A model generated the notes under the pieces. The model did not search any database. It had not been told where the DNA came from and saw nothing but the letters and a program-made list of their open reading frames with translations. This document shows, piece after piece, positions 19,011 through 28,587 of a DNA stretch of 64,000 bases (its first letter is position 1; every line of letters starts with the position of its first letter). The stretch lies in contig CAWGZR010000011.1 of NCBI GenBank assembly GCA_963827165.1, forward strand, positions 32,001-96,000. The letters run 5' to 3'. The position numbers were made by a program, and so were the translations under genes. The DNA is from Candidatus Bathyarchaeota archaeon. GTDB lineage: Archaea; Thermoproteota; Bathyarchaeia; Bathyarchaeales; Bathycorpusculaceae.

Positions 19011-20420
19011 TGTGCTGCGCCTCCTGCCAGCTCGAGTGCTCGCATCAGCGCCGCCGCTTTATGCTCCGTTTCAAACCACTCCTGCTCGGGCACAGAATCC
19101 GCCACGATTCCTCCTCCAGCCTGAATGTACGCTTGGTTTTTCTGTGCGAAGAGGGTTCTAATGGTTATGGCGAAATCTGCGTTTCCGTTGTAAGAGAAGT
19201 AGCCCACGGCACCAGCGTATGGCCCACGCCTCACTGGTTCCAACTCATCGATAATTTCCATAGCTCGCACCTTAGGCGCACCCGAAACGGTTCCCGCTGG
19301 AAAAACAGCTCGCAATGCGTCAAAGCTTTGTAAGTCCTCCTTAAGCTGCCCCACCACGCGGGAAACAATGTGCTGAACATGGCTGTATTGCTGTACCTTC
19401 ATAAACTCGGGCACATGAACGCTTCCAAACTTGCTGATTCGACCTATATCGTTGCGTGCCAAATCCACAAGCATCACATGCTCTGCCCGTTCCTTTGGAT
19501 CGGCAAGCAACTCAGTTACTAATCTGTTGTTTTCCACCGGCTTCTCGGCGACGGGCCGGGTGCCAGCAATCGGGAACGTTTCCACAGTTCTGTTTTCGAC
19601 ACGCACAAGCATTTCTGGGCTTGCACCGACGATTTGGCGGTTGCCGCAAGTGTAGTAGTGCATGTATGGAGAAGGGTTGATAGTTCTCAGCGCCCCATAG
19701 AACGGAATTAGGTTGCCTTTTACCTGGAACTGGAAGCGTTTTGATGGGACAACCTGGAAAATGTCGCCAGCGGTTATATACTCTTTCGCTTTTTCCACCG
19801 CAGCTTCATAGGCTTCTTTTTTGATGTTAACTTTTGGCTGTGTGTACGATAACTCCACTGGGTCAAGTGGCTGCCTTAGGAGCTTTTCAACTTCGGGCAG
19901 TCGGTTTTCTCCTCGGCAGTAGTAGAATGCTTGCTGCTTTAGGTGGTCGAAGACAAAGCCGTCATCGAAAATTCCCATTTCCAAGTCTGGAAAACCAAGG
20001 TCGTCCACGCTCTTTTGGGGCAGTTTTTCCCAGTAGCGGACGCTGTCATAGGAGATGTAGCCGACCGCTCCGCCGACGAATCGGAATTCACTGTTTGAAA
20101 CTGTTTGGTCTTTGAGGAGGCGCTGTAACGTTTGGAGGGGGTCGCTTGTTCGTTCAGAAGTGGTTTCGCCTGTTTCTTCGTTTCTTATTTGGGCTTTGCC
20201 ATTTTTGGTTTGGATGGTTATTTTTGGGCCGAACCCGATGAAAGAGTATTGTGCGAGTTTTTTTGGTCCTTCGCTTGATTCTAAAAGATAGGCTGTTTTG
20301 TGCTCTTTTTTTAGCTTTGAGAATATTTCGAGGGGTTGCTGTTTGAGGGTGATCTTTTTGATTTCTAGGGCGTTAGCTGGTTTGGTTTGTGTGACTGTTG
20401 CGCCAAAGGCGATTCCCCAT
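19007..20420 (-). CDS. trpE: Anthranilate synthase component I; 5' end reachable only by +1 frameshift, non-canonical start or indel correction
   Basis: Frame open from 20425 through YLLESSEGP...YSFIG and [10 protein letters not shown] to [12 protein letters not shown]; no in-frame ATG/GTG/TTG above 20008; ATG at 20420 is out of frame. Confidence 0.9.
20373..20420 (-). other. Overlapping trp leader [18 protein letters not shown] with CTT-TGG-C site
   Basis: GGAG 11 nt before the ATG; single Trp codon directly after CTT. Confidence 0.5.
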
Positions 20421-20495
20421 GTCTTTCAATTCTCCGTATGGTTCATAAATATACCTTAATGTATTATTTAAGGCTTATCTGCACAAAAATGTGCA

Positions 20496-20822
20496 TTAGA
20501 GCTTGGGCTTAAGCGCAACGCTCATCCAATCCAAATAAGCCTTCGAGCCCTCAACAATCGGAAGAGCCAAAACCTCAGGAACCTCATAACTATGCAAACG
20601 TTTAACATGCTCCGCAACTTCCGCAAACAAGTCCAAACGCGACTTCATTAAAATCAAAGATTCCTCACCCTTCTCGATATTGCCAACCCAACGGAAAAAC
20701 GAGGTAATCGGGCTAACAATATTGGCGCAGGCGATCAAACGTTCCCTGATAAGCAATTGCGAAATCTTTTCTGCTTCATCTTTGGTTTTAGTCGTAACAA
20801 AAATGACGATGTAATCGTTCAT
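20496..20822 (-). CDS. cutA: Divalent-cation tolerance protein CutA
   Basis: LIACANI, HSYEVPEVLALP. Confidence 0.92.
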   Translation of the reverse strand: MNDYIVIFVTTKTKDEAEKISQLLIRERLIACANIVSPITSFFRWVGNIEKGEESLILMKSRLDLFAEVAEHVKRLHSYEVPEVLALPIVEGSKAYLDWMSVALKPKL

Positions 20823-20915
20823 GCTTTTCACTAAGGTAACGTTTACTCTCGTCAATAAAAACTGCATGCATCAAATTGGCTGTCGGTTTTAGGTTTGAAA
20901 AAGTGGGAAGACAGG

Positions 20916-21050
20916 CTAGTTGACAGTTGGGTATAAAGTCGGTAGATGAGATACCGAAATCTTTAAGCCGTCTTCTTTGGTTGGTTTTGTTTTTCTTCTT
21001 TGGGTTCTTGTTTCAATATCTTCATGAATTTGGGGCGGTAAATTGCACAT
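20916..21050 (-). CDS. 44-aa hypothetical peptide (absent from ORF track)
   Basis: Strong AAGGAGG 7 nt before ATG; MCNLPPQIHEDIETRTQRRKTKP... Confidence 0.4.
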   Translation of the reverse strand: MCNLPPQIHEDIETRTQRRKTKPTKEDGLKISVSHLPTLYPTVN

Positions 21051-21230
21051 GGTTTTGCCTCCTTGTTTTTATTTTTTTAATAAGGTGCAGAAGTTTTTAG
21101 GGATACCCAGCATAATCTATATAGTGCTTTATTTTTTATTGTCAATCGGGTAAAATGGCAGTCTCTGTGTTTCGGATGGTTAAGAGATTTAAATTTGGGT
21201 TATGCAATAGTTCCCTGTGAGGGAACGGTT

Positions 21231-21731
21231 TTGAAAGACGAGCAGTTTAAAGTTTTAAAAGCGCTGAGTGAAACCACCAGCCGCATGGATCTAAGCATGT
21301 TCGCTCAAAAAGTAAACTTGACACCCGAGCAAACGATGCATCAATTCCAAGAATTGGCAAAAGAAGGCTTCTTGCAAAAGGTCGGCGGCGGCTATGGCAT
21401 CACTCACAAGGGAAAAGTAGCCCTCAAAGCTTTTGCAATAGTCCCCGAAGGGATGGCTTTTCACTTTTACTTCGGCATTGATCAGCCCTCGGAGTTTACA
21501 GCCCAGTCGTTGGAGCAGTTCTACCGGTTTAGCAAACAAATCAGTGTGGCATCTGTTGAATTCCACCTTTACCGCGGCGACTTTGGAAAATGGCTAACTG
21601 ATGTCTGCAAAGAACCTGAGCTTGCAAGCGAATTTGACCGAGTAAAATCGGCTGATTTGAAGGGTGAAGAGCTTAGAGCGGAACTCTTGAAAGTGCTCGA
21701 TGCAAAATTCGGCTTCGAACAGCTGCTTTAG
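21231..21731 (+). CDS. wHTH plus DUF5752-like domain protein
   Basis: N-terminal wHTH (LAKEGFL...YGITHKG); FHFY...SLEQF...SVEFHLYRGDFGKWL. Confidence 0.7.
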   Translation: MKDEQFKVLKALSETTSRMDLSMFAQKVNLTPEQTMHQFQELAKEGFLQKVGGGYGITHKGKVALKAFAIVPEGMAFHFYFGIDQPSEFTAQSLEQFYRFSKQISVASVEFHLYRGDFGKWLTDVCKEPELASEFDRVKSADLKGEELRAELLKVLDAKFGFEQLL

Positions 21732-21735
21732 ATGA

Positions 21736-22185
21736 TCACTGATTTAGTTTGATCCACCAGTCGGGTACGCGGTGGTTTTCAGCGTTGTCCCACGAATCGA
21801 AAGGTTTGATGTCCAAGACTGGGGTTCCGTCGTAGGCGTCTAAGCCGCGGACCGTCAAAACGTTGCCTTCAATCTTCACTAACTCGACGAGCGTTAAGCC
21901 GATGGGGTTTGGTCGCTGATTGGTTCTTAGCGCGAAGACGCCGAGAAGGGGCATATCCGTTCTGCCTCTTGGATGAAACTTTAGCGCTCGATGCTTACCG
22001 GTTATTTCGCTGAGCCAAAAGAGCACGAACACGTGCGAAAAACCTTCGATGCCGTCCAAAGCTTCAACTAGTTCGGGATTGAGCACGATTTTTGAAATTC
22101 TTGATTTATCTTTAACTTCGTTGCCGACCGCTTCGGTATTAACGTAGCCGATCGGGGTCAAAACAATTTGCTGCTGAGAAATCAT
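21736..22185 (-). CDS. tsaA: tRNA m6t6A37 methyltransferase TrmO/TsaA
   Basis: GVFALR..RPNPIGLT, GLDAYDGTPVLDIKP. Confidence 0.9.
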   Translation of the reverse strand: MISQQQIVLTPIGYVNTEAVGNEVKDKSRISKIVLNPELVEALDGIEGFSHVFVLFWLSEITGKHRALKFHPRGRTDMPLLGVFALRTNQRPNPIGLTLVELVKIEGNVLTVRGLDAYDGTPVLDIKPFDSWDNAENHRVPDWWIKLNQ

Positions 22186-22257
22186 GGCTTATACGCTCAA
22201 TATTTCTTTGATTCAGAAGGTATATAAGGATTTGATGATGCAAGCTCAAGTGGTGGT

Positions 22258-22479
22258 GTGGGGTTGCCCTTCATTGAGGATCTTTCGAAGCTTTCGATTA
22301 GTGCAATTTTCTTGTTTATGATAGCTTTCTTCCTCTCGTTTGGCATTATCTCAAACTTCATTGATGATGGAGGCATTATGTATAATCTCTCGCAGGGAGC
22401 ATTTATTTCCGTAATTACTGGTGCCGTATTGTACTTCGCAAGATACATCAGCAGACGGAGAATTGATGACAAAGCCTAA
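22258..22479 (+). CDS. Small two-TM membrane protein
   Basis: Two hydrophobic segments with basic tail; GGTGGT upstream. Confidence 0.5.
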   Translation: MGLPFIEDLSKLSISAIFLFMIAFFLSFGIISNFIDDGGIMYNLSQGAFISVITGAVLYFARYISRRRIDDKA

Positions 22480-22566
22480 TTTGCTACGAATAAGCATAGA
22501 TCACGCCTCGATGTAAGGCACAGACTTTTCAAAACATTTTTTTCCCCCTTTGAGGTGAAGTCTGTT

Positions 22567-23241
22567 ATGTTGCGTATCGGTCATCGGGGTGCTCGGGCAT
22601 ATGCACCCGAAAACACCATTGCAAGTTTTAGAAAGGCTATTGAAATCGGCGTGGACGCTGTTGAACTGGACGTCCGGAAAACCAAGGACGACAAGCTTGT
22701 AGTTATCCATGATGAGGATGTTAAGCGTACTACTGACGGCGAAGGCTTGGTCTGCGAACTCACACTCAAGCAAATCAAAGGTTTCTCCACTGAAGACGGC
22801 CAAAAAATTCCTACTTTTGAGGAAACGCTGGACTTTCTGGATAAGAAAGTCAAAATTTTTGTGGAGTTGAAAGAGGAAGGAATAGAGAAACAAGTGCTTT
22901 CGGCTGTCCATGAAAGGGGTTTGGAGAAAAATGTCGTAATCGTTTCGTTTTTAGAGGATGCCTTAAGGAAAGTCCGCGAGTTAGACGCCACAATCGAGAC
23001 GGGATTGATCTATGCGAAGCATAAGAACCCGTTGAAGGCTGCACTGGAGCTGAAAGCCAACTATCTCGTTGCTCTCTTCAGGTTCATGCATTCAGCTAAC
23101 GTTGAGAAGGCTCATCAAAACGGGTTAAAAGTGGTGGTTTGGACCATAAACGACCCCGCGGAAGTTGAGGGGTACGTAAAGAAAGGCGTGGACGGCATAA
23201 CAAGCGACAAACCAGATATACTAAAGATAGCCCGGACCTAA
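22567..23241 (+). CDS. Glycerophosphodiester phosphodiesterase
   Basis: GHRGA, PENT, ELDV, IHD, WTIN, GITSD. Confidence 0.92.
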   Translation: MLRIGHRGARAYAPENTIASFRKAIEIGVDAVELDVRKTKDDKLVVIHDEDVKRTTDGEGLVCELTLKQIKGFSTEDGQKIPTFEETLDFLDKKVKIFVELKEEGIEKQVLSAVHERGLEKNVVIVSFLEDALRKVRELDATIETGLIYAKHKNPLKAALELKANYLVALFRFMHSANVEKAHQNGLKVVVWTINDPAEVEGYVKKGVDGITSDKPDILKIART

Positions 23242-24164
23242 TGCGTAAGACTCGGAGCTTTGAGAATTTGGTCAATTTTTTCGGTTTCCACACGGCTTTC
23301 TGCATTCAGAGGCGTCAACTGGATTTCTGAAGCTGACTTAACTCCGAAACCCAACTCTGCAGCGCTTTTAAGTTGGTCCTGGTCAAAAATGTTTGCTTCG
23401 CCAACCTTGCCTTTTGCACCGTACATCTTTAGGATCGCTACGCCGACTGCGTCGATGGCTACTCGGTCGCGGCTTGCAAGCAAAAGCTTGGGTTCAACCA
23501 ACGTTCCTTTGTCAGGGCCGCCGGTCACGAAAGCTTTTATCCCATCCATCAGAACAAAATCCACGCTGTAGAAACTGTTGATTTCAGCAATCATTTTGCG
23601 CTGGTTTGGTGAGCCATGCAACTCCCACATGTAATCATACATTCCGCCTGGAACCCGTTTCGCCACTAAGCCAACGGAGTTTTTCATCGAAAGGGTGAAG
23701 TGGCCTCCGAATCTGTGCGTTTTTAGGCAGCACGTCTGCACTACCTTATCGGCGTCATGGACGACTTTAGCCATGTAGAAACCCTTAATCCAATGTGTTC
23801 CGTCTTTCTCGATTTTTACCCAATCCTCTTTGCCGATATCGTTTAAAACGATTGTTTTGAACCCCATTTCCTCCGCAAGGGCTAAAACACCCATTTCACT
23901 CAAAACTTGCTTAGTGTCACCCATGCCGCTGCGTTCAGCCAAGGTTATCCCGTTTGCCCCAACACCCTTTAAGCCCTGCACTATGGCCCTCAAAGTGTCA
24001 AGGTGGGTTGACGCTGGAAACGGGTCAGCGCTATTATAGTTAGCCTTCAGAGCCACCTCTTTCTCAGAATAGCTGCCTAAATCAAACTTCTCCAGCAGCG
24101 CAGGAACACCCTTTGTCCTATCAGTTGTTTTTAGAACAAAAACTTCGCCCGAAGAATTCGCCAT
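23238..24164 (-). CDS. DUF362 domain protein
   Basis: LKANYNSAD, LKTH...TLSMKN, DRVAID. Confidence 0.85.
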   Translation of the reverse strand: MANSSGEVFVLKTTDRTKGVPALLEKFDLGSYSEKEVALKANYNSADPFPASTHLDTLRAIVQGLKGVGANGITLAERSGMGDTKQVLSEMGVLALAEEMGFKTIVLNDIGKEDWVKIEKDGTHWIKGFYMAKVVHDADKVVQTCCLKTHRFGGHFTLSMKNSVGLVAKRVPGGMYDYMWELHGSPNQRKMIAEINSFYSVDFVLMDGIKAFVTGGPDKGTLVEPKLLLASRDRVAIDAVGVAILKMYGAKGKVGEANIFDQDQLKSAAELGFGVKSASEIQLTPLNAESRVETEKIDQILKAPSLTH

Positions 24165-24292
24165 AAAAGTCACTATACGAAAACATAAAGGGCTGCATTG
24201 TTTATTAGTTTTTGATTGCATCAGATTGCAGTCACAGCGGCACCGCAAGCTCTATATTAGCCAATGAAACTTTTTTCAAAAGCAAGTCACGC

Positions 24293-24370
24293 GGGCCCGT
24301 GGCTCAGTCAGGCCAGAGCGGCGGACTCTTAATCCGTAGGTCGCGGGTTCAATTCCCGTCGGGCCCGCCA
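24293..24370 (+). tRNA. tRNA-Lys(CTT) with encoded CCA
   Basis: GGGCCCG acceptor, GCGGA-CTCTTAA-TCCGT, GCGGG-TTCAATT-CCCGT. Confidence 0.96.
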
Positions 24371-24412
24371 AAAATCAATTTGGGCAAAAAACACGCCATT
24401 CTTAGTATGTCT

Positions 24413-25219
24413 TCAGGCACGAGTACTGTTATCAGTTCGTTGCTTTTCGTTTGTTTTCTCTCGCAGAGCCCGAAGCACAAAATTGGTGACGTCAGTCATA
24501 CCAGACAATTCGAGGTCGAGCGCTTCGCCTGTTAAGCCCTTTTCCTGTACTGAAGCGCTAAAGGGTATTACTGCGATAATCTTTTCTTCGCCTACCTTGG
24601 CCCTGATTTTGCCCGCAAGTGTGTCGTCCACTTTGTTGAGGATGAAGCGTACGGGTTTTTTGCTTTCTTTTACCATGTTTGATATTATCTCAGACAGTTT
24701 AATCGACTCATAAGAGGGGTCGATGATAGCAAAAACTATGTCAACGCTGCTGACTACTCCTCTGCCTAAATGTTCTACGCCAGCTTCAGTATCAATGACA
24801 GCGAGATCTTTTGGCCCCAATGTTAGATGGCTTAGAAAGTCTTTGGAGAGCACCCCCATAGGACAGGCGCAGCCTTCTCCGAAATGCTTCACTTTTCCAA
24901 CCTGCAACAGATATAAGCCGTCTTCTTTCGAAAGACATTCGCTTGGTATGTCGTCGATGCTCCATGACTCGGTGAAGACAGGCGCTTTTTCGCCATTAGG
25001 TCTAATGACGCTCATTTTGCTCTTCACAGCCTTCTTTCCGCCGATTTGATCCATGAGTTCTTTGGGCTCTTTTAACCCAAGTTGGGCACTTAAGCCATAA
25101 TTTGATTCGTCAGCATCTACAACCAGAACGCGGTAGCCTTCGTTCTGCAGATCCTTTGCCAAGATCGACGCGATGGTGCTTTTTCCGCTGCCGCCTTTTC
25201 CACATATAAGAATTTTCAC
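24413..25219 (-). CDS. cooC: CooC/AcsF-like nickel-insertion ATPase
   Basis: GKGGSGKS, DAD, GCAC, DTEAGVEHLGRG. Confidence 0.85.
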   Translation of the reverse strand: MKILICGKGGSGKSTIASILAKDLQNEGYRVLVVDADESNYGLSAQLGLKEPKELMDQIGGKKAVKSKMSVIRPNGEKAPVFTESWSIDDIPSECLSKEDGLYLLQVGKVKHFGEGCACPMGVLSKDFLSHLTLGPKDLAVIDTEAGVEHLGRGVVSSVDIVFAIIDPSYESIKLSEIISNMVKESKKPVRFILNKVDDTLAGKIRAKVGEEKIIAVIPFSASVQEKGLTGEALDLELSGMTDVTNFVLRALREKTNEKQRTDNSTRA

Positions 25220-26037
25220 GTTTGTTCCTCGAGGTTACTGTTTAGTTTCGGTTTAAAAGTTATGAATTCGACTGCTGATTTAAGAGCTGGTGTACCACCC
25301 CCCTCTGAAACCACCTGCATCATCCTGTCTACATCCAAGATTTTGACGCCGCCTACCAACGTAACTCCACGGTCAAACAGGACTTCTGGCACAATGCCGG
25401 CAGATGCCCCGATAATAGCTACTTGTTCCGCTTTTGCTGAGAGGCGAAGAAGATGGTCGATTGTTCCGTTTGCAATTGCTGTTCCGGTGATCAGGATTAC
25501 GTCGGCTTTGGGTAAAATTTCGTCGGAAGCCGTGTCGGGAAGAACGCCTTCTTCACGCCGCGTTGGGGTTCTTTCAATAACGTAAAGTTTTTTCGCCCTT
25601 GCCTCGATCGGCGGAACTAGAGGCTGCATGTAACCTACCATGGCGACGGTGTCTTTCTTGGTTATTTTTATATAGTTTATTACATCGCCGTTTTGGATAA
25701 TGTAGTTGTCAGGGTTTTTTTCGATGAGTATTTGGGATAGCGCATTAAGCGTGGCGACGCCGATCACGCTTTCGCTGATGTCCCATGACTTAGCTTTCTC
25801 AGCAAGGGTAACTGCAGATGTACCTGCCATTGTTCCAGCCAAATCTGATATTTGGCAGTGTCCCGCTGCTTGCGCGATTTCATCTTGGAAGGTGTAGCAG
25901 AGACCCGCGTGACCGTCACTAAGCCTTACACCTGTGTATCCGAGCCCAAGAACGACTTGTTTTACTGATATTTCGTCGATATTGGGTATGAAGGTTTTGA
26001 CTTTTTTTAAGGCTTCCTCAATGATTTGTCCCGTCAT
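25216..26037 (-). CDS. DUF364 (Rossmann-like, putative metal-chelation) protein
   Basis: IGVATLNAL, VAMVG..P, ITGTAIANGTIDHLL. Confidence 0.8.
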   Translation of the reverse strand: MTGQIIEEALKKVKTFIPNIDEISVKQVVLGLGYTGVRLSDGHAGLCYTFQDEIAQAAGHCQISDLAGTMAGTSAVTLAEKAKSWDISESVIGVATLNALSQILIEKNPDNYIIQNGDVINYIKITKKDTVAMVGYMQPLVPPIEARAKKLYVIERTPTRREEGVLPDTASDEILPKADVILITGTAIANGTIDHLLRLSAKAEQVAIIGASAGIVPEVLFDRGVTLVGGVKILDVDRMMQVVSEGGGTPALKSAVEFITFKPKLNSNLEEQT

Positions 26038-26079
26038 TTGGCAACCCTTTTTACTTTAAATTTACGCTGCCTGCTCTGC

Positions 26080-26631
26080 TTAGCCTAACACTTCATAGTA
26101 TTTGCCGTTTGCGCAGGCTCGGCATAGCAAATTTCCCTTTACCGTAACTTCACGGCCATCCATTATCCTTTCGCCGCAAACCGAACATTGCTCCCTCTTC
26201 TTCGGAAAACCAGGCAAATCAAAGTCAGAAATCGGAACCTTCACTTTCTGGATGCTTACTACTTCGCTTTCGGGTAGCTTGGCCATTTTTTGTACAACGT
26301 CCTCCGGGGACCCTTTGATTTCACAGCTTTCACGTATGGTGACTCGTATTGCTTCAGATGTTGTGAGGTTAACGAAGGTAGCGGCGAATTTGCCGTAATC
26401 TACGTATTTTAGCGTTCGATGACCCAGCGTACAACCAGTAATTACTTGAATGGCATCGGTCATGCATCGATCAATTTCCGCGTAGACTATTAGGTTCTTG
26501 TTTTTTACGTTTGGGTCTAATCCTAGATAATTCATTGCGGCTAATGTCATTTTTGTTCCCATGGCGATGCCGAAGCATACATGACCATGATAATCTCCAA
26601 CTGTTTTGACATAGGTTTCAAACTCGTTCAT
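26080..26631 (-). CDS. FmdE family protein with C-terminal zinc finger
   Basis: HGHVC.G, RCMTDAIQ..TGCTLG, CSVCGE...CRAC. Confidence 0.9.
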   Translation of the reverse strand: MNEFETYVKTVGDYHGHVCFGIAMGTKMTLAAMNYLGLDPNVKNKNLIVYAEIDRCMTDAIQVITGCTLGHRTLKYVDYGKFAATFVNLTTSEAIRVTIRESCEIKGSPEDVVQKMAKLPESEVVSIQKVKVPISDFDLPGFPKKREQCSVCGERIMDGREVTVKGNLLCRACANGKYYEVLG

Positions 26632-26650
26632 TCATTTCATCCTCCAAATT

Positions 26651-27433
26651 TCATTCTCCAACTGGCACACATATCGTGCGATTAACGCCCACGTTGACGT
26701 TCATCACTTTAACTCTGATTTTATAAACTTCTTCCAGATTCTGTTCAGTAATAATTTCCTCAGGCGTTCCAACAGCAATTAATTCCCCACTCTTCATAAG
26801 AGCGACTTTATGGGATACTAAGAAGGCATGGTCAGGAAAATGTGATGTCATGATTATAGGCATCCCGCCAGCAGCCAATTTCTGCATTGTCGTTAACAGC
26901 CGTATTTGGTTTCCAAAGTCCAGATGTGAGGTGGGCTCATCCAACAATAGAAGCGAAGGCTTCTGCGCCAAAATCCTCGCCAAGAGAACCAGCTGTTTTT
27001 CGCCGCCGCTAATCTGAGTGTAAGGTGTGTTGATTAAGTATGATATGCCCAAAGTTTCTATGGCCTGTCTCGCAATCAGAATATCCTCTTTTTTTGGTGA
27101 GTCCAGCAACCCAATGTGAGGTGATCTGCCGACTAGCACCGCGTCTAATACTGAAAATGCAAAACTCGCTTCATGGAATTGCGGCACGAAACCAATTGCT
27201 TTTGCTATTTCAACTCTCGATAAAAGACACATGTCCTTGTCATTTATCAAAATGCTGCCCTGATCCAGCTTCAAAAGCCCGTCAATACATTTTAACAAGG
27301 TAGTTTTTCCGCATGCATTTGGTCCCAGTATCGTCATTATGCCAGCGTTTTCCAAAGTGAAATTGATGTCTTTAAAGCCGTGAGCTTTCTCTGAGTCATA
27401 GTGGTATTCCGCATGACTTACGCATAATTTCAT
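26651..27433 (-). CDS. Fe-siderophore/cobalamin-type ABC ATPase
   Basis: GPNACGKT, ISGGEKQ, LLLDEPTSHLD. Confidence 0.92.
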   Translation of the reverse strand: MKLCVSHAEYHYDSEKAHGFKDINFTLENAGIMTILGPNACGKTTLLKCIDGLLKLDQGSILINDKDMCLLSRVEIAKAIGFVPQFHEASFAFSVLDAVLVGRSPHIGLLDSPKKEDILIARQAIETLGISYLINTPYTQISGGEKQLVLLARILAQKPSLLLLDEPTSHLDFGNQIRLLTTMQKLAAGGMPIIMTSHFPDHAFLVSHKVALMKSGELIAVGTPEEIITEQNLEEVYKIRVKVMNVNVGVNRTICVPVGE

Positions 27434-28428
27434 GACCAGCCTTTTCCTCCTCTGCTAAGCATGTAAATGAAGAATGGCGCACCAATCATCGCTGTCAGAA
27501 TGCCGAGCGGAATCTCCAAGCTTGATGCAGTTCGAGCAATATCATCGATTAACAAAAGATAAAATGCCCCCAGCAAGAGGCTTACTGGCAGAAGTCGCCT
27601 ATGATCTGGCCCAACCAGCAAACGGCTAATGTGAGGAATAACCAGCCCTACCCAACCGACGATTCCGCTGATACAGACCGCCGCGGCGCTCATCAAGGTG
27701 CAGCAGATTATTATTATGACTCGGACGCGTCCTACGTTAACCCCCATTGCTTTAGCTTCCTCTTCGCCCATTGCCAGCACATTGAAACGCCAGCGCATAA
27801 GCAGGAGGATAACTATGCCGATTATCATGGGAATAGCTGCAATATACACGTCGCTTATGGTGTCCGAAGCTAAACTGCCCATCAACCAGTAGATGATCGT
27901 AGGCAACTGGTTTATGGGGTTAGCGATATATTCCATCAATGAAATTGACGCGCTGAAAAGAGAGGATATTGCTAGTCCAGCTAATATCAAACTAAGGGTG
28001 CGATTGGCTTTAACTATGCTACTGATAACATAAGCCAAGCTTACAGCTACTAGTGCGAAACAGAAGGCAGAAGCTTCTATGGTAACTTGGCTCGCATTAA
28101 GCAAGATGGCTAATGCTGCACCGAACCCGGCGCCCGCTGAGACTCCAAGAATGTCCGGAGAAACCAAAGGATTGCGAAAGAGTCCTTGAAAGGAGCCCCC
28201 TGCCAAAGATAAAGCAGCACCAACCAGAATTGCGGCAAGTATTCTGGGCAGCCTAATTTGAATTACAACCGTGTCAGGAACACTTGGTTTTGCATCACCT
28301 AAGACATGAGACATCAAAATTCGAACCACACTATAGGCGGGAACAGGGTATCTGCCTAGACCTAAAGACAAAATGAATAGTGTTACCAAGCAAATCGACA
28401 AAATTATGCTTGCTGGAAGACCCCGCAA
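27430..28428 (-). CDS. FecCD/BtuC-type ABC permease
   Basis: IRLPR, RNPLVSPDILGVS, GWVGLVIPH. Confidence 0.92.
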   Translation of the reverse strand: MRGLPASIILSICLVTLFILSLGLGRYPVPAYSVVRILMSHVLGDAKPSVPDTVVIQIRLPRILAAILVGAALSLAGGSFQGLFRNPLVSPDILGVSAGAGFGAALAILLNASQVTIEASAFCFALVAVSLAYVISSIVKANRTLSLILAGLAISSLFSASISLMEYIANPINQLPTIIYWLMGSLASDTISDVYIAAIPMIIGIVILLLMRWRFNVLAMGEEEAKAMGVNVGRVRVIIIICCTLMSAAAVCISGIVGWVGLVIPHISRLLVGPDHRRLLPVSLLLGAFYLLLIDDIARTASSLEIPLGILTAMIGAPFFIYMLSRGGKGWS

Positions 28429-28587
28429 CGCTTTGAAGTCATTAAATAGCTTTGAAGTATGGTTTTTTTGTGTTGCTTGTTTTTCTATTTTCTTTTGAAT
28501 TTTCTCAACTCACTTGATTCTGCCTGGCCTATTTTTGATATAATTTGATTTATCTTAAGTTACAAAGAAAAAAGAGAGGGAAATAAA

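Noticed and set aside
20426-20446. In-frame mini-ORF MNHTEN-TGA read through into trpE
   Set aside because: UGA readthrough by Trp-tRNA would rise when Trp is plentiful, the wrong logic for a biosynthetic gene; kept only as a minor alternative
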